A stretch of DNA of 64,000 nucleotides. Origin: Candidatus Poribacteria bacterium. GTDB taxonomy: Bacteria; Poribacteria; WGA-4E; PCPOR2b. This document shows positions 51,346 through 61,773 of the stretch, piece by piece. How positions within the stretch are numbered: position 1 is the first letter of the stretch; each line of letters starts with the position of its first letter. The position numbers were made by a program, and so were the translations under genes. The stretch lies in assembly GCA_965218095.1 (NCBI GenBank), contig OZ244587.1, positions 2,464,001-2,528,000 of the forward strand, in the 5' to 3' direction. The notes below the pieces were generated by a model. The model was not told where the DNA came from, ran no database searches, and saw nothing but the letters and a program-made list of their open reading frames with translations.

Positions 51346-52671
51346 TCAGCCGATATTCTTCACAACCGTGTCTATCTGAATAACGATTTTAAGAATCAAT
51401 TCCAACATTTCCAGGTCGATCATGTTCGTCCCATCGCAAAGCGCCCGATCCGGATAGTCATGCACCTCCATGAAGAGGGCGTCTATCCCCACCGCAGCCG
51501 CTGCCCTTGCCAGATATGCTACGAGCTCCCGCCGGCCGCCAGATCTTTTCCCTAAACCGCCGGGCAACTGGGCGCTGTGGGTTGCGTCGAAGACAACAGG
51601 ATATCCAAACTCGCTCATGAGGGGAAGCGAACTCATGTCAACCACCAAATTGTTATAACCGAAACAGCTTCCCCTTTCTGTCAACAGAATCTGCTCATTC
51701 CCGGTGGATTCAATCTTCTCAACCACGTTCGTCATATCCCACGGTGCCATGAACTGACCTTTCTTGACATTTATCGGTTTCCCTGTCCTTCCGGACGAAA
51801 CGAGCAAATCCGTTTGTCGGCATAAGAAGGCGGGAATCTGAATCGCGTCGAGGACAGAAGCGGCAGGTTGAACCTGACTCATACAGTGAATATCCGACAG
51901 CACCGGCACACCGACCTCTCTTTGAACCGTCTCTAAGATGGAAAGTCCCGCCTCAAGCCCCGGCCCCCGATAGGAGTTTATCGCGGAACGGTTCGCCTTG
52001 TCATATGAGGATTTGAAGACGAAAGGGATACCTATCCGCTCAGAAATCTGCTTTATCGCCTCCGCCATCCGGAGAGTGTGGTCTTGACTTTCGATGACAC
52101 AGGGGCCAGCTATCAGTGTTATTGGGAGTCCACCTCCAATCTGAACTGCCCCGATTTGGACGACCTTTCCTTTTTTGTCGCTTTCTATTTCTTGTGAGAG
52201 GATCATGTCGCATATCTCCCGGACAGCCCCGGCGCCGCCGGGTTTTTCTGTCACATAATCGGCGTAACTTTTCACCTTATCGTGCGCATCAGCAACGGCA
52301 ACGGGAAGCCCAACGAATTGCAGAACCTCAATATCTCCGAAGTCGTCTCCGATGTAAAGCGTCTCATCAGGCGATATCCGATGTCTTTGGAGAATCCCCT
52401 TTAGAACGGAAAGCTTATCGTTCTCACCCAGGTGTATCTCGTCCACAAGGAGCTCCTGTGAGCGTCTCTTAGTAGCCTTGCTGCTTCTCCCTGAGATGAC
52501 AGCCGTCCGGATGCCATGCCTTTTGATCCGTTTAAGCCCTTCCCCATCATGGACATGAAAAGTCTTTATCTCCTCACCGGAATCGGTATAGTAAAGCCTT
52601 CCATTGGTCAACACCCCATCAACGTCCAGGACGAGGACTCGAATATTTTTTAATCTCTCAATGAAACGCAT
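51346..52671 (-). CDS. kdsA: Fused KDO8P phosphatase (KdsC) - KDO8P synthase (KdsA)
   Basis: N-terminal DVDGVLTNG...[12 protein letters not shown]; C-terminal [38 protein letters not shown]. Confidence 0.9.
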   Translation of the reverse strand: MRFIERLKNIRVLVLDVDGVLTNGRLYYTDSGEEIKTFHVHDGEGLKRIKRHGIRTAVISGRSSKATKRRSQELLVDEIHLGENDKLSVLKGILQRHRISPDETLYIGDDFGDIEVLQFVGLPVAVADAHDKVKSYADYVTEKPGGAGAVREICDMILSQEIESDKKGKVVQIGAVQIGGGLPITLIAGPCVIESQDHTLRMAEAIKQISERIGIPFVFKSSYDKANRSAINSYRGPGLEAGLSILETVQREVGVPVLSDIHCMSQVQPAASVLDAIQIPAFLCRQTDLLVSSGRTGKPINVKKGQFMAPWDMTNVVEKIESTGNEQILLTERGSCFGYNNLVVDMSSLPLMSEFGYPVVFDATHSAQLPGGLGKRSGGRRELVAYLARAAAAVGIDALFMEVHDYPDRALCDGTNMIDLEMLELILKIVIQIDTVVKNIG

Positions 52672-53090
52672 AAGGATTCCATCTATCCTTTCCCAAGGCC
52701 GCATGAAAATTATGACCAAGCCTCAACCAAACAACGGTAGCCCAGCGATTTATCGCGGGGTGGCTGTTACCCAACTAGGTTCTCAAACTCCATGAACCGA
52801 CTTGAGCTATCCGCCCGATCTTCAGGGCATAAAGTGTCTACCCCTGAACCCTTGACGGGAGATAAGCGGGATGAGGGTGAACACACATTCACTCAACTGT
52901 TTGGTGCAACCACTGAATTTTTCTCCCCTCACCCCTTCGACTGAGTCACCGATGACGAAATAAAGAATACCATAACATCGAGAGAGAAGCAAACAGAAAC
53001 CAGAAACCGCAAAAAGCCTTGAATTTTTCGAGGTGCTTGTGATATGCTAATGAAGTTGCTCGGATTTTGGAGAGAAAGGAGGTGGGTAAA

Positions 53091-53312
53091 TTGGCTCGAG
53101 TATGCTATAGCTGTGGGAAAAAGCCCATGGCTGGTAACCGAATCAGCAAATCACGGCGGCATACCAAGCGGAGATGGCTGCCTAATCTGCAGCGTGTCCG
53201 CATTCAAACGGAAAGCGGTAATAAACGGGTTCGTGTATGCGCGCGATGCCTTCGGTCCGGGAAAATCATAAAAGCAGTCTCTGGCGGTGGGCAAGTCGCC
53301 TACGGCAATTGA
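53091..53312 (+). CDS. rpmB: 50S ribosomal protein L28 (CxxC...CxxC form)
   Basis: MARVCYSCGKKPMAGNRIS...TKRRWLPNLQ...VCARCLRSG; TTG start after AGGAGGT. Confidence 0.93.
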   Translation: MARVCYSCGKKPMAGNRISKSRRHTKRRWLPNLQRVRIQTESGNKRVRVCARCLRSGKIIKAVSGGGQVAYGN

Positions 53313-53373
53313 AAGCATAAAAGCGGAGATGGTTCAAGCTCGAAATCATAAAAGTGGAAACGTAAAGCATGTC

Positions 53374-55521
53374 CTATGTGAATCGAGTGACGCTTCGCAC
53401 CCCTTTTAAGTAGCGGATTGATTCCATAACAGCCTCTAACTGTTCGATCCCATTAACTGCTAAGGTTAATTGGTCATGCGCGGTGCCGGTATGCTGTGCC
53501 GTTGGACCGAGATTTCCTTTTATGATATTCACTTTGTACTGGGCAATTGATGTCGCAATTTCTCCAAGCATTCCGGGGCGATCATCACACTCGACGGAAA
53601 TCACCGTGGGGTAAGTGACCTGATCGACAGCTTTCCACTCAATGTGAACGATTCTTTCCGGCTCATTGATTATCCGAAGACAGTCTGATTTATGAATTGA
53701 AACACCTTGCCCCCGTGTGATATATCCGATGATCTCATCGCCGGGAATGGGCTTGCAACACTTCATGATACGCACGGCATCTAAATCGATACCTTCAAGG
53801 TGAATCGTTGGGGCTGAACGGGGAGTTTCTACGGCTTCCTCTTGTTGCTTGGTGGCAGCGGGCGGCTCTGGGCGTAGTAAGTTGACAACGTGCGTCGCTG
53901 ATTGCTTGCCATTGCCGATTTGCATGAACAAGTCATCAATGGTTTTTGGCTGCAATTGTTTCTTTTTTCCGGGCGTTATTTTTTCAACAACAGCAAGCAG
54001 GTCTGGCGATTTAAGGTAGTCCTTCAGATTAAGCTGGTGGCGCCGCATCTCAAGATCAAGAATTCGTTTCCCAAGATTAATTGCATGTGTGCGATCCTGC
54101 ATGTTGAGCCAATGCCGAATTTTGTTACGCGCCCGGGCCGTTTTAACCCACCGCAGCCAATCACGACTTGGATGCCCCTTTGCGTTAGTAACGATTTTAA
54201 CCCGGTCCCCATTCTGTAAGTGATATTTGAGGGGCACCATCACGCCGTTAACTTCTGCACCACAACACGTTTGTCCAATATCAGTGTGTATTTTGTATGC
54301 AAAGTCAATCGGTGTCGAACCCGCGGGCAGGCTGTGGAGATCTCCTTGGGGCGTAAAGACAAAAACCTCATCAGGAAACAACTCGCCTTTCATTGATCGG
54401 ATAAACTGGTAAGGATCTCTAAACTCTTGAATCTCCTCTAGCATGTCCCTGAACCAGGTGAAAATCCGCTCGCTTTCCGTTTTTGATGGAACTCCTTCCT
54501 TATACCGCCAATGGGCGGCAATCCCATATTCAGAAACCTGGTGCATTTCCTCAGTCCGGATCTGAACTTCTACCGGACGCTCGCGCTCCAAAATTGTTGT
54601 GTGCAATGATCGATAGCCATTCGCTTTGGGAAGTCCAATAAAATCCTTGAACCGCTCTGGAATATGATGCCATTGCTCGTGGAATACCCCAAGCGCGGCG
54701 TAGCAATCAGGAGTTGTCTTGACCAAAACGCGCAACCCTGTGAGATCGAAAATCTCTTCAAAAGGCGTCCCTTTCTCATGAATCTTCCGGTAGATGCTAC
54801 AGATATTCTTAGATCTGCCATAGACTTGCGCTTCGATGCCCCAGGGGGCTAGTTCTCGCTGGACGATGCCAACCAACTTATTCGTATACGCTTCCCGCTT
54901 CTCCAATTTCTCCGCGAGGAGACTGGCGATTTCTCTGTATTCGATGGGGTACAGGTATTTGAACGCCAGATCTTCAAGCCTGCTTTTGATCTGCCAAATC
55001 CCCAATCGATGGGCAAGCGGTGCATAAACCTCAGAGGTTTGCTTGGCAATCCGTTCCTGCTTATGTGGAGGCAGGAAGGACAGTGTGTTCATATTATGCA
55101 GCCGATCGGCAAGTTTAATGAGGATGACCCGGATATCTTTTGCTGTTGCAAGCAGTAGCCTCAGGTAATTCTCCGCCTGTCTTTGTTGCACCCCGCCCTT
55201 GAACTCATACTTACTAATATTGGTCACGCCTTCAACAAGTTGGGCAATTGTTTCTCCAAATCGGCTCGCAAGTTCATCACGGGTGACTGATGTATCTTCC
55301 AGCACGTCATGCAGCAGCCCGGCGCAGATCGTATCCATGTCCAATTTCAATTCAACTAACGTCTTAGCTGTCTCAAAGCAGTGCGTAAAATAAGGATCTC
55401 CAGACTTCCGCGGTATACCACTATGGCATGCCTCGCTATATTCATAGCTTCTGCGCAGGAGATCAAAGTCCGCATCAGGGTTATAGGCTCGGATTTGGTT
55501 AATTAAATATTCGACACTCAT
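53374..55521 (-). CDS. rel: Bifunctional (p)ppGpp synthetase/hydrolase (long RSH)
   Basis: LLHDVLED, KLADRLHN, YAPLAHRLG, RFKD, YRSLHT, EVQIRT, TGS and ACT domains; overlaps the recJ 3' end. Confidence 0.93.
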   Translation of the reverse strand: MSVEYLINQIRAYNPDADFDLLRRSYEYSEACHSGIPRKSGDPYFTHCFETAKTLVELKLDMDTICAGLLHDVLEDTSVTRDELASRFGETIAQLVEGVTNISKYEFKGGVQQRQAENYLRLLLATAKDIRVILIKLADRLHNMNTLSFLPPHKQERIAKQTSEVYAPLAHRLGIWQIKSRLEDLAFKYLYPIEYREIASLLAEKLEKREAYTNKLVGIVQRELAPWGIEAQVYGRSKNICSIYRKIHEKGTPFEEIFDLTGLRVLVKTTPDCYAALGVFHEQWHHIPERFKDFIGLPKANGYRSLHTTILERERPVEVQIRTEEMHQVSEYGIAAHWRYKEGVPSKTESERIFTWFRDMLEEIQEFRDPYQFIRSMKGELFPDEVFVFTPQGDLHSLPAGSTPIDFAYKIHTDIGQTCCGAEVNGVMVPLKYHLQNGDRVKIVTNAKGHPSRDWLRWVKTARARNKIRHWLNMQDRTHAINLGKRILDLEMRRHQLNLKDYLKSPDLLAVVEKITPGKKKQLQPKTIDDLFMQIGNGKQSATHVVNLLRPEPPAATKQQEEAVETPRSAPTIHLEGIDLDAVRIMKCCKPIPGDEIIGYITRGQGVSIHKSDCLRIINEPERIVHIEWKAVDQVTYPTVISVECDDRPGMLGEIATSIAQYKVNIIKGNLGPTAQHTGTAHDQLTLAVNGIEQLEAVMESIRYLKGVRSVTRFT

Positions 55522-58051
55522 ACGATACCTTCTTCCAAATTTGTTGGATGTTTTGCCGCAGTTGAAATTCCGAAAACAACTGGCTCGTCTGTTTAACCTG
55601 TTCACCATTCAGATAGGTTTCGGATTCGTGAAGTTGACGCTTCTTCGACGGCGGCGGTAAAAGCTGGATTTCGCGTTTGGGAGAATCTGAGTATTGAACC
55701 AAAAGCCGTAATTCTTCAAGGATTGAAAGCCCATTCGCGACGGCGAAAGCTGGAATTGAATCGGCCTGGGCTCCTGCCATCACTCCCTCGAGTGCAAGTT
55801 GCTTACCGTTGCCCTGACTTAGCGTTTGCAGCATTTTATAGAGCTTTCTCAGGGTCTGTTCATCTGGATATTCCCAAGAAATACATTTCTGCATCCATTC
55901 TATATCCTTCGGATTATAAATCAGATGGATGTATGTCGTTTCAGGATGTTTGAATGCTGGCTGACATCGATTAAAGAACATCAATTGCTGAGGGATTGGG
56001 TGACAGAATACAAGGTGGTTGACATGAGGCAGATTGGTCAAGGTACAACTTGAAGCAATCGCGAGCAGTTCCCGCTTTGCCAGTTTATCCACTATGAACT
56101 GTTTTTCGGTTTCAGACATATCCGCGTCGCACCGACCAATTTCCTCTTTTGAACCGATCAACGCAAGAATCTGGTCTAACGCCTTTCCGTCTCGCACATA
56201 TAACAGCGTGGATTCCCCCCGATCGAGTAGGTTGAGAAGGTAATTCTGCTTGCTTCTCACATTGCGGCGATCAACAATTCTCACAGGGCTTTCCATGTCC
56301 TCTGTTGGGAATACCGCTTGAAGGGAATGGCGGTCAACCGTGTGCAGTTGAAGATCTTCAATCTTCAATTGGAGGCGACGGGTATTGTTCCATTCATTAA
56401 TCTCCGGCTCAAAAGCCAGATCCAATCGGATGTTCTTATTTCTCAGCGCAGTGAAGTGATCTGACATACGCCACCCAACGGCTTCGACTGTTTGACGCCC
56501 GTCCGTCACAAACAGCTTGAGATGGTTCTTCTCCTTCCCAATTAAGTCCGGTGGTCGCTGGAGAAACAGGTTGTGCATCGCAAGGCGCGGCGATGGATTA
56601 TCCGCCCCAAAAGGTTCAAGCAGATGCAGTTCTTCTATGGCTGCCAGCGTCAAATAAGGCGTCTCCACTTCAAGGTCTACGCTCAACTTCGGAACGAGAT
56701 CTTCATCAGAGAGGTGTTCAGAGGCATATTCGTTAAATCGCTTCGCAAATCTGGGGATATTCCTCGTTTTGATTGTCAGCCCTGCTGCCGCCTTATGCCC
56801 ACCATGTTTGACCAACAGCTTGTCACATGCGTTCAAACTGGCAGCGAGGTCAATGCCTTCGATGCCGCGTCCGGAGCCGTGCGCTTCGTCGCCATCGATT
56901 GCAAGCAGGAACACAGGACGGTAATACTGCTCAAGAATCCGTGAGGCGACAATACCAACAACCCCTCGATGCCACTTCTCGTGGGCGACAACCAAACCCT
57001 TCACCTTGTCGAGATTTACCTCTTTTTTAATCGTTGCAACTGCTTGCTCCTGGATTCGATTCTCCACCTCCCGCCGCTCTCGATTATGGGCGTCAAGCTC
57101 TTTGGCGATTGGCGCCGCTTCTTCGTAAGATTCAGTCGTCAACAACCGAACCACCTTGCTTGCTGTGTCCATTCGCCCAGCCGCGTTAATGCGGGGACCT
57201 AACACATACGACAGCGTATGCCCAACGATTGGCTTGTAGGGGCTATGGTTCGCCACATCGCAGAGCGCCCGAACCCCAGGACGTTCACGTTTGTTGATTT
57301 CCGCCAGGCCAAGCCGCGTGAGGATTCGATTCTCCCCCGTCAGCGTGGCGATGTCCACAACCGTGCCGAGCGCGACCAGATCGAGTTGAGATTGGAGAAA
57401 CGGATTCAGGTCGTCGCCCCCCATCAATCCGTGCGCCAACTTGAACGCCAATCCAACCCCCGCGAGCCCATCGAAGGGGTATTCGCTCTCCGGCATCTTC
57501 GGAGTGATGATGGCGTAAGCCGGCGGCTGCGCGTCGGGGCGCGGCTGATGGTGGTCTGTGATAATGACATCCACACCGATCTCGTTGGCAAGCTCCACCT
57601 CTTCAATCGACGTAATCCCGCAGTCAACCGTGATTAACAGATCGCAGCCCTCATCCTTTAGTTCCCGCATCGCTTTCTTGTTGAGCCCATATCCTTCCTT
57701 AAAACGGTCGGGAATATACGGCGCCACCGGGAAATCGAGATGCCGAAATGTGTTTAGCAACAGCGAAGCCGCTGTCGTGCCATCGGTATCGTAATCTCCG
57801 AAGATCCAGACTTGTTCGCTGCGCTTCATCGCTGCACGGATGCGCTCAACCGCCTTTTCCATCCCGTACATCTTGAATGGCGGATGTAGATCTGCGGTTG
57901 TTGGATATAAATACGCACGCGCTGCATCTTCCGCTTCAATGCCTCGATTGATGAGAAGTTGCGCGACCAACTGCGAAATTCCCAGTCGCACTGCCAGCCG
58001 GGAACTCTTCTCGATGTCATGGGTTTTAACCTGCCAGATTTTTTGTTTCAT
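55499..58051 (-). CDS. recJ: ssDNA exonuclease RecJ with a long C-terminal extension
   Basis: GDYDTDG, DCGI, DHH, PRINAAGR, GGHKAAAG, EPFG..NP. Confidence 0.95.
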   Translation of the reverse strand: MKQKIWQVKTHDIEKSSRLAVRLGISQLVAQLLINRGIEAEDAARAYLYPTTADLHPPFKMYGMEKAVERIRAAMKRSEQVWIFGDYDTDGTTAASLLLNTFRHLDFPVAPYIPDRFKEGYGLNKKAMRELKDEGCDLLITVDCGITSIEEVELANEIGVDVIITDHHQPRPDAQPPAYAIITPKMPESEYPFDGLAGVGLAFKLAHGLMGGDDLNPFLQSQLDLVALGTVVDIATLTGENRILTRLGLAEINKRERPGVRALCDVANHSPYKPIVGHTLSYVLGPRINAAGRMDTASKVVRLLTTESYEEAAPIAKELDAHNRERREVENRIQEQAVATIKKEVNLDKVKGLVVAHEKWHRGVVGIVASRILEQYYRPVFLLAIDGDEAHGSGRGIEGIDLAASLNACDKLLVKHGGHKAAAGLTIKTRNIPRFAKRFNEYASEHLSDEDLVPKLSVDLEVETPYLTLAAIEELHLLEPFGADNPSPRLAMHNLFLQRPPDLIGKEKNHLKLFVTDGRQTVEAVGWRMSDHFTALRNKNIRLDLAFEPEINEWNNTRRLQLKIEDLQLHTVDRHSLQAVFPTEDMESPVRIVDRRNVRSKQNYLLNLLDRGESTLLYVRDGKALDQILALIGSKEEIGRCDADMSETEKQFIVDKLAKRELLAIASSCTLTNLPHVNHLVFCHPIPQQLMFFNRCQPAFKHPETTYIHLIYNPKDIEWMQKCISWEYPDEQTLRKLYKMLQTLSQGNGKQLALEGVMAGAQADSIPAFAVANGLSILEELRLLVQYSDSPKREIQLLPPPSKKRQLHESETYLNGEQVKQTSQLFSEFQLRQNIQQIWKKVSYECRIFN

Positions 58052-58060
58052 GATAGTGCT

Positions 58061-58089
58061 ATATTATCATGAATCCATTTTCTCGTCAA
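58061..58089 (-). promoter_or_regulatory. Putative sigma70 promoter of recJ-rel (near-leaderless)
   Basis: TTGACG-N17-TAATAT with TGn; -10 box ends 10 nt before the ATG. Confidence 0.55.
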
Positions 58090-58227
58090 GAGGAGATTGA
58101 CGTTCAAAAGCCGTAAAAAAATCGATTTTTGTTGACACGGGTATGCGCTTGCTGGTAGCTTGTATATGAACTGGGTTTGGTTTCCTTTCTCCCCAATATT
58201 TCCTGAAAGATGTTTAAGGAGTTCATC

Positions 58228-59049
58228 ATGGAAACAAGTCCGTTAATTGAAGGACAAAAAAGTATTCTAACTGAAGAACAGAAGCGCCAATGGAAGGAAG
58301 ATGGCTATCTTGTCCTGAAAGACATCCTGTCTTCAGAAGAAATTGAGAACCTAACAGCCGTTGTTGATCGGATGTATGAGGAACATCTCCAACAGCCCGA
58401 CGTGGAGCCGGGTGCGGGGCTTGATCGGCGAAACGTCATGGAGGAACACGATATTTTCGTCGAATTAATCGACCATCCCGTGACATTTCCGGTCGTGCTT
58501 GAGCTCATGAGCCCGTACATACACTTGAGCATGTCTGAGGTGATGGTTCCCCTGAAGGTAAGGGGCTTTTGCACACAGATGGTGGTCAGGCGATGAGACA
58601 GCTAAGGGTCAGCGAAAGCAGTCTTCCGTTCCAGATCAAGCTTCAATATTTCCTGACCGATCTACCGGCACCGGATATGGGTAACTTCACGCTTGTCCCT
58701 GGCAGTCACAATCGTCCCTTTCCAGAAGGAGGATTCGAGGAGGGACCTTATATCCCTGAAGCGGTGCAACTGTGTGAGGCGGCCGGCGACGTGGCGATCT
58801 TTCCCCATGCAATGTGGCACGGTTTCGTCGCAAACAGATCAGCCGCGAAAAACGCTGATTTATTGCTATGTCCATCAATGTCTTCGTGCATTTGATTTTG
58901 AAAAGGCGTCGCCAGAACTTTTGGAAAGGTGTATGCCTCGACAGCGAAGGTTAATCGGGGATATTGGCGAGTGGAAGTTTGGTTCTTACTTCTATTCCCC
59001 CCCAGATTAGGTGGAATTGATGACAGGGCTCGAACAGAAAAAAGAGTAA
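58228..59049 (+). pseudogene. PhyH-family dioxygenase pseudogene
   Basis: WKEDGYLVL, HTDGG, PGSH, GDVAIF...WHG; frameshifts near 58548 and 58835, in-frame TAG at 59008. Confidence 0.82.
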
Positions 59050-59369
59050 CTCAGCGCCCTGAGGCATGACACGACCTGGTGATTGAGCCGGTGCGCGATT
59101 GCCAAACTTTTCCAAAGGCGCGGAGTTGAGCAGAAGGGATCTCAAAGCTTCAAATCGAAGGGATGGGAACGCAGAAATCCTTCCGTTCCTTCCCTTCTTT
59201 GAAGTAATACCGTTTACAGTTCATAATGACACTTTCTCAGATAGACTAACGCCGAAATCTGCCCGTATATCTTGCATAATGAGGATTTTGGAAAGCTGTC
59301 ATTTTAAAGTGCATTTGGTATAAATTCTAAAAAACAACTTCCACTTCTGTTCTGCTGGGGTTGCACCCC

Positions 59370-59610
59370 AGCGACATAAGATAGGCCGGGGTAAAGACGA
59401 AGTATTCGCCAAAGCCGTAGGGGTTGCATGGAGACTGCTCTTAAAAATCAGTCCCACAACAAACAGCGCAACTGCTACACCGATCAATATGAGTTCGTGC
59501 TTGATGTCGAAATCCGCGTCTTCGTCAGATTCGGCATTTGATTGCTCGACGATTTCGACATACGGTTCCACCTGCTTGACAACGTGGCGAATACCTTCGA
59601 TACGGGACAC
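59370..59610 (-). pseudogene. Fragment resembling the N-terminal part of a Zn/Cd P1B ATPase (CadA/ZntA)
   Basis: VKQVEPYVEI, TM segment, then frameshifted LHATP/YGFGEYFVF.PAYL. Confidence 0.5.
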
Positions 59611-59664
59611 TATGGCGATCTGACTCTTTCGATTCCCACATTGAGGGTCACAAAAGTGTCTTCG

Positions 59665-60981
59665 CTAAACTACCTCCGCCTGAATGAATTTCCCCTCCAA
59701 ATCCATCAATTTCACGGGTAAAGTTTGGTTAATTGCGAGATTCGGCAGATCCATTAAAACACGCAGATAATTTCCCGTAAAGCCGGCCAACTTTCCGTCC
59801 TTTCCTTCCCGGCTATCTTCAACCAACACATCCATCGTTTTGCCCAGCATGCGACGTCGAAATTCAAGACCGAGCCGCTTTCCCAACGCAATCATCGCCT
59901 TACTGCGTTCAACGGAAATGTGTGGCGGTATCTGATCCGCGTAATCTGCTGCCGGCGTGCCGCGGCGAGGGGAGTAACGGAAGACGTGTAACTGACTGAA
60001 ACCGATTGCCTCGACAAATCGAAGCGAGTCCTCAAAATCGGCGTCGGTCTCTCCCGGAAAGCCGACCATGACATCGGTGGTGAGTCCAACGTCCGGAAAT
60101 GCAGCGCGAAGTTTCTCGACCAGATACGCAAACCCCCTTGTTGTATAACGCCGACGCATCTGGCGCAAAATCTTATCGCTCCCGGACTGTAGCGGAAGAT
60201 GGAAATGTGGCATGCACTTGGACAGTGCCGCCATCCGACCTACAAGATCATCCGGGAAATTCATCGCCTCGATTGAACTGAAACGGATGCGCTCAATTCC
60301 GTCGATTGGGTGGACGCGCTCCAAAATGTCAGCAATGGTCGTCCGCCTTCCAATGTCGAGTCCGTAAGCCCCCAAATGCACGCCGGTAATCACGATCTCC
60401 TTATACCCGTTTGCTGCAATCTGCTCGGCTTCCTTCACGATGTCTCGAAGTGGACGACTTGTCATGCGGCCGCGGACATAAGGGATGATGCAGTACGTGC
60501 AGAAGGCACTGCACCCGTCTTGAACCTTGATGAGTGCCCGTGTCTGTTTTCCTGCGGTGCTCAACGACATGCTGAAGTTCGCATGTTCGCGGATGGCGTC
60601 GTGGCGGCTTGGCTGGATCTGTAGGCGGTATGAATTCGATTCGTGAAGGCGGGCTAGATATTTCTGGAGGTCTGCCTTTTCACGATTTCCAAAGACAAGT
60701 GAAACGCCCGGTATCCCCTCGATTGCTTCCCGATCGTTTTCAGCGTAGCAACCCGTGACGAGCACTTTGGCATCGGGATTTTTCCGAACCGCTCGCCGGA
60801 TGACTTGACGGGCTTTCTGATCCGCGACGTTTGTGACGGTGCAGGTGTTGATGATGTAGATATCGGCTGCATCCTTCTCCGTCACAATGGTATACCCATT
60901 CCGAAGCATGACCTCCTGCATTGCTTGTGTATCGTATTGATTCACCTTGCACCCCAAGGTGATCAGTGCTGCTGTTGGCAT
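59665..60981 (-). CDS. mtaB: tRNA t6A methylthiotransferase
   Basis: TLGCKVNQYD, INTCTVT, VTGCYA, KVQDGCSAFCTYCIIP, HLPLQSG, VGFPGET, TRAM domain. Confidence 0.92.
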   Translation of the reverse strand: MPTAALITLGCKVNQYDTQAMQEVMLRNGYTIVTEKDAADIYIINTCTVTNVADQKARQVIRRAVRKNPDAKVLVTGCYAENDREAIEGIPGVSLVFGNREKADLQKYLARLHESNSYRLQIQPSRHDAIREHANFSMSLSTAGKQTRALIKVQDGCSAFCTYCIIPYVRGRMTSRPLRDIVKEAEQIAANGYKEIVITGVHLGAYGLDIGRRTTIADILERVHPIDGIERIRFSSIEAMNFPDDLVGRMAALSKCMPHFHLPLQSGSDKILRQMRRRYTTRGFAYLVEKLRAAFPDVGLTTDVMVGFPGETDADFEDSLRFVEAIGFSQLHVFRYSPRRGTPAADYADQIPPHISVERSKAMIALGKRLGLEFRRRMLGKTMDVLVEDSREGKDGKLAGFTGNYLRVLMDLPNLAINQTLPVKLMDLEGKFIQAEVV

Positions 60982-61043
60982 TTTCTCGTTCCTTCTAAAA
61001 TTGTGGTGGTGCAGTCGTTTCAACGAAATTTCCTTAATTGATT

Positions 61044-61325
61044 CTAAAATCCCATCCGATCACCTTTCTCATGTCTTCGGGGAAGCGCGACGATAAATGC
61101 ATTGCCTTCTAAACACAGATCCGATTTACTACCTCTGGTCTCACGAAGCCTCCGAATCATCCTCGGAATACCGCTGCCTGCGTCGGTGACAAGCCCAATT
61201 TTCAGGAAGATATTGTAAATGGTCGCGTTACGCAACACATGGACGCCCAATCTGAGGGAATCGATCGTCACCGTATTAGGAAGTTGTCCGGGTGTGCGAA
61301 TCTCAACGCGGTCATGGACGCCCCT
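61044..61325 (-). pseudogene. C-terminal fragment of an ATP-binding (RecG_C/HATPase_c_4-like) protein
   Basis: DRVEIRTPGQLPNTVTI...RN..I...GSGIPRM; N-terminus absent. Confidence 0.65.
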
Positions 61326-61773
61326 AAGACATCGGGCTGAATCCCCCATTCCTTGAATTCGGTGTGAAGGTTTTCCCCACTTTCCAGACGGGTGGTGAGC
61401 TCGGTGAGATTCATGAGGCGTTTTCCCCTTCATCACGCTGCCGCCAAATTCGGTTTGAGAGCGTTTTTGCCGAAAATAACCGAAAACATCTGTCCCGTCG
61501 CCACATGTTTCGTTGCGACATCCATGTAGGCGGCACTGAATGTTCGCCGCGGTTTCGAGGTGCGATTCACCCCGGAACGATTGAGAATCACCAACTTTTG
61601 GTCCCCATTTTCGCTTTGGTTAGAAATGATACGTTTGCACGCTAAGTATTGAATCCGATATTGACATATCAGTCAAGTTAAGCAAAGCGAGTCCTCATCC
61701 ATCGAGGATACCAGATGCAAAGTGGGAGTGATGTGAATTATGACCTGTGGCTCAAAATACGCCCCGCCCCGTT

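Noticed and set aside
52760-52900. Possible 6S RNA or riboswitch upstream of kdsC-kdsA, with superficial similarity to 45150-45215 (TGAACC..GGCATAAA..CCTTGAC)
   Set aside because: No long closing stem; better explained as nested small palindromes (TTCAGGG..CCCTGAA within a CCCTC..CTCCC..GGG repeat). An Infernal/Rfam scan would settle it
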